DNA of 64,000 nt, from contig DAHUYF010000153.1 in assembly GCA_027315365.1 (NCBI GenBank), positions 516 to 64,515 of the forward strand, given 5' to 3'. The translations under genes and the position numbers were made by a program. Below the pieces are notes generated by a model. It was not told the origin of the DNA. It saw only the letters and a list, made by a program, of their open reading frames with translations, and did no database searches. This DNA comes from Rhodospirillales bacterium. Lineage in GTDB: Bacteria > Pseudomonadota > Alphaproteobacteria > ATCC43930 > CGMCC-115725. Positions 63,809 through 64,000 of the stretch are shown piece by piece (the stretch's first letter is position 1; the number at the start of each line of letters is the position of its first letter).

Positions 63809-64000
63809 ATGACGAAGAACGCCGGCAAGCCCGGGCGGCGGGGGAAGAACGGCGCGGCAGCGGACGAGGCGCTGCGCCTGGGCCCGCTCGCCGATTTCAT
63901 CGGCTTTTACTTGCGCCTGGCGCAGGAGGCGTCGTTCCAGGCCTTCGCCCGGCGCGTACGCGAGTACCAGATGCGCCCCGGCCGCTTCGCCGTGCTGGCG
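63809..64000 (+). CDS. MarR-family transcriptional regulator (5' part; runs off the window)
   Basis: My own translation from ATG 63809 reads MTKNAGKPGRRGKNGAAADEALRLGPLADFIGFYLRLAQEASFQAFARRVREYQMRPGRFAVLA. The IGFxLRxAQ...F...FxVL pattern is typical of MarR N-terminal regions. GGAGAAGG Shine-Dalgarno upstream. Confidence 0.7.
   Translation, partial: MTKNAGKPGRRGKNGAAADEALRLGPLADFIGFYLRLAQEASFQAFARRVREYQMRPGRFAVLA

Noticed and set aside
1-64000. A search of the whole window for tRNA, rRNA or tmRNA genes, CRISPR arrays, IS elements, integrases, and reverse-transcriptase or other defence-system genes.
   Set aside because: I saw no T-loop-like GGTTCGAATCC motif, no regularly spaced repeat array and no transposase-, integrase- or RT-like ORF. 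Every gap longer than 100 bp was read and is accounted for by promoters, terminators or hairpins. The only defence-flavoured genes are the solo PIN gene and the decayed HNH gene.

Overview
The window is very GC-rich and almost fully coding, with about 59 protein-coding genes. It reads like core chromosome of an alphaproteobacterium of the Hyphomicrobiales/Rhizobiales type. The evidence for that placement is the synteny ribF-ileS-lspA-DUF3035-M16-M16-mutL, a DUF2336 gene and EcfG-type promoters. I found no rRNA or tRNA genes, CRISPR arrays, transposases, integrases or phage structural genes.

Gene blocks:
- 90-13480: NiCoT transporter, mutL, two M16 peptidases, a lipoprotein, lspA, ileS, a small HNH-related gene, ribF, a MaoC dehydratase and an amidase.
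- 13584-15081: Rieske oxygenase plus DUF488.
- 15111-20004: Liv-type amino-acid ABC transporter operon.
- 20179-23761: hisI, an MlrC-like peptidase, a secreted Cys protein and an OmpA-type lipoprotein.
- 23816-28932: PAS-GAF-GGDEF cyclase coupled to DUF2336, a 75-aa protein, and a three-gene membrane module (coiled-coil/TM protein, Holin-X, DUF3618).
- 28956-40058: SDR, acyl-CoA dehydrogenase, FadB-like enzyme, thiolase and MerR (LiuR-like) beta-oxidation operon, then a Crp/Fnr regulator, a CocE/NonD hydrolase and an acyl-CoA ligase.
- 40184-48718: small hydrophilic protein, tandem Usp, DUF4910, GMC oxidoreductase, the DoxX-cupin-SMP30-VOC operon and a PLD lipoprotein.
- 48841-64000: IlvD/Edd dehydratase, a Kef-type antiporter, RidA, D-aminoacylase, a solo PIN gene, bluB, a DSD1-type PLP enzyme, a Dpp-type ABC importer, an amidase and marR (partial).

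Most long track ORFs that lie antisense to these genes, or that extend their N-termini, are GC-bias shadow ORFs.

The most interesting signal is regulatory. Three exact and three near-exact EcfG-type general-stress promoters (GGAAC-N16/17-CGTT) sit in intergenic gaps, each pointing at an uncharacterised gene or module.

Other points worth a second look:
- ATGA coupling of a diguanylate cyclase to DUF2336.
- A PIN toxin gene with no room for an antitoxin.
- bluB translationally coupled into a putative D-amino-acid/peptide utilisation operon.
- A catalytically decayed HNH mini-gene inserted between ribF and ileS.
- Several discrete palindromes and repeats in promoter regions.

Family names were assigned by eye from motifs and from memory of homologues. 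No database search was possible, so novelty cannot be verified here.
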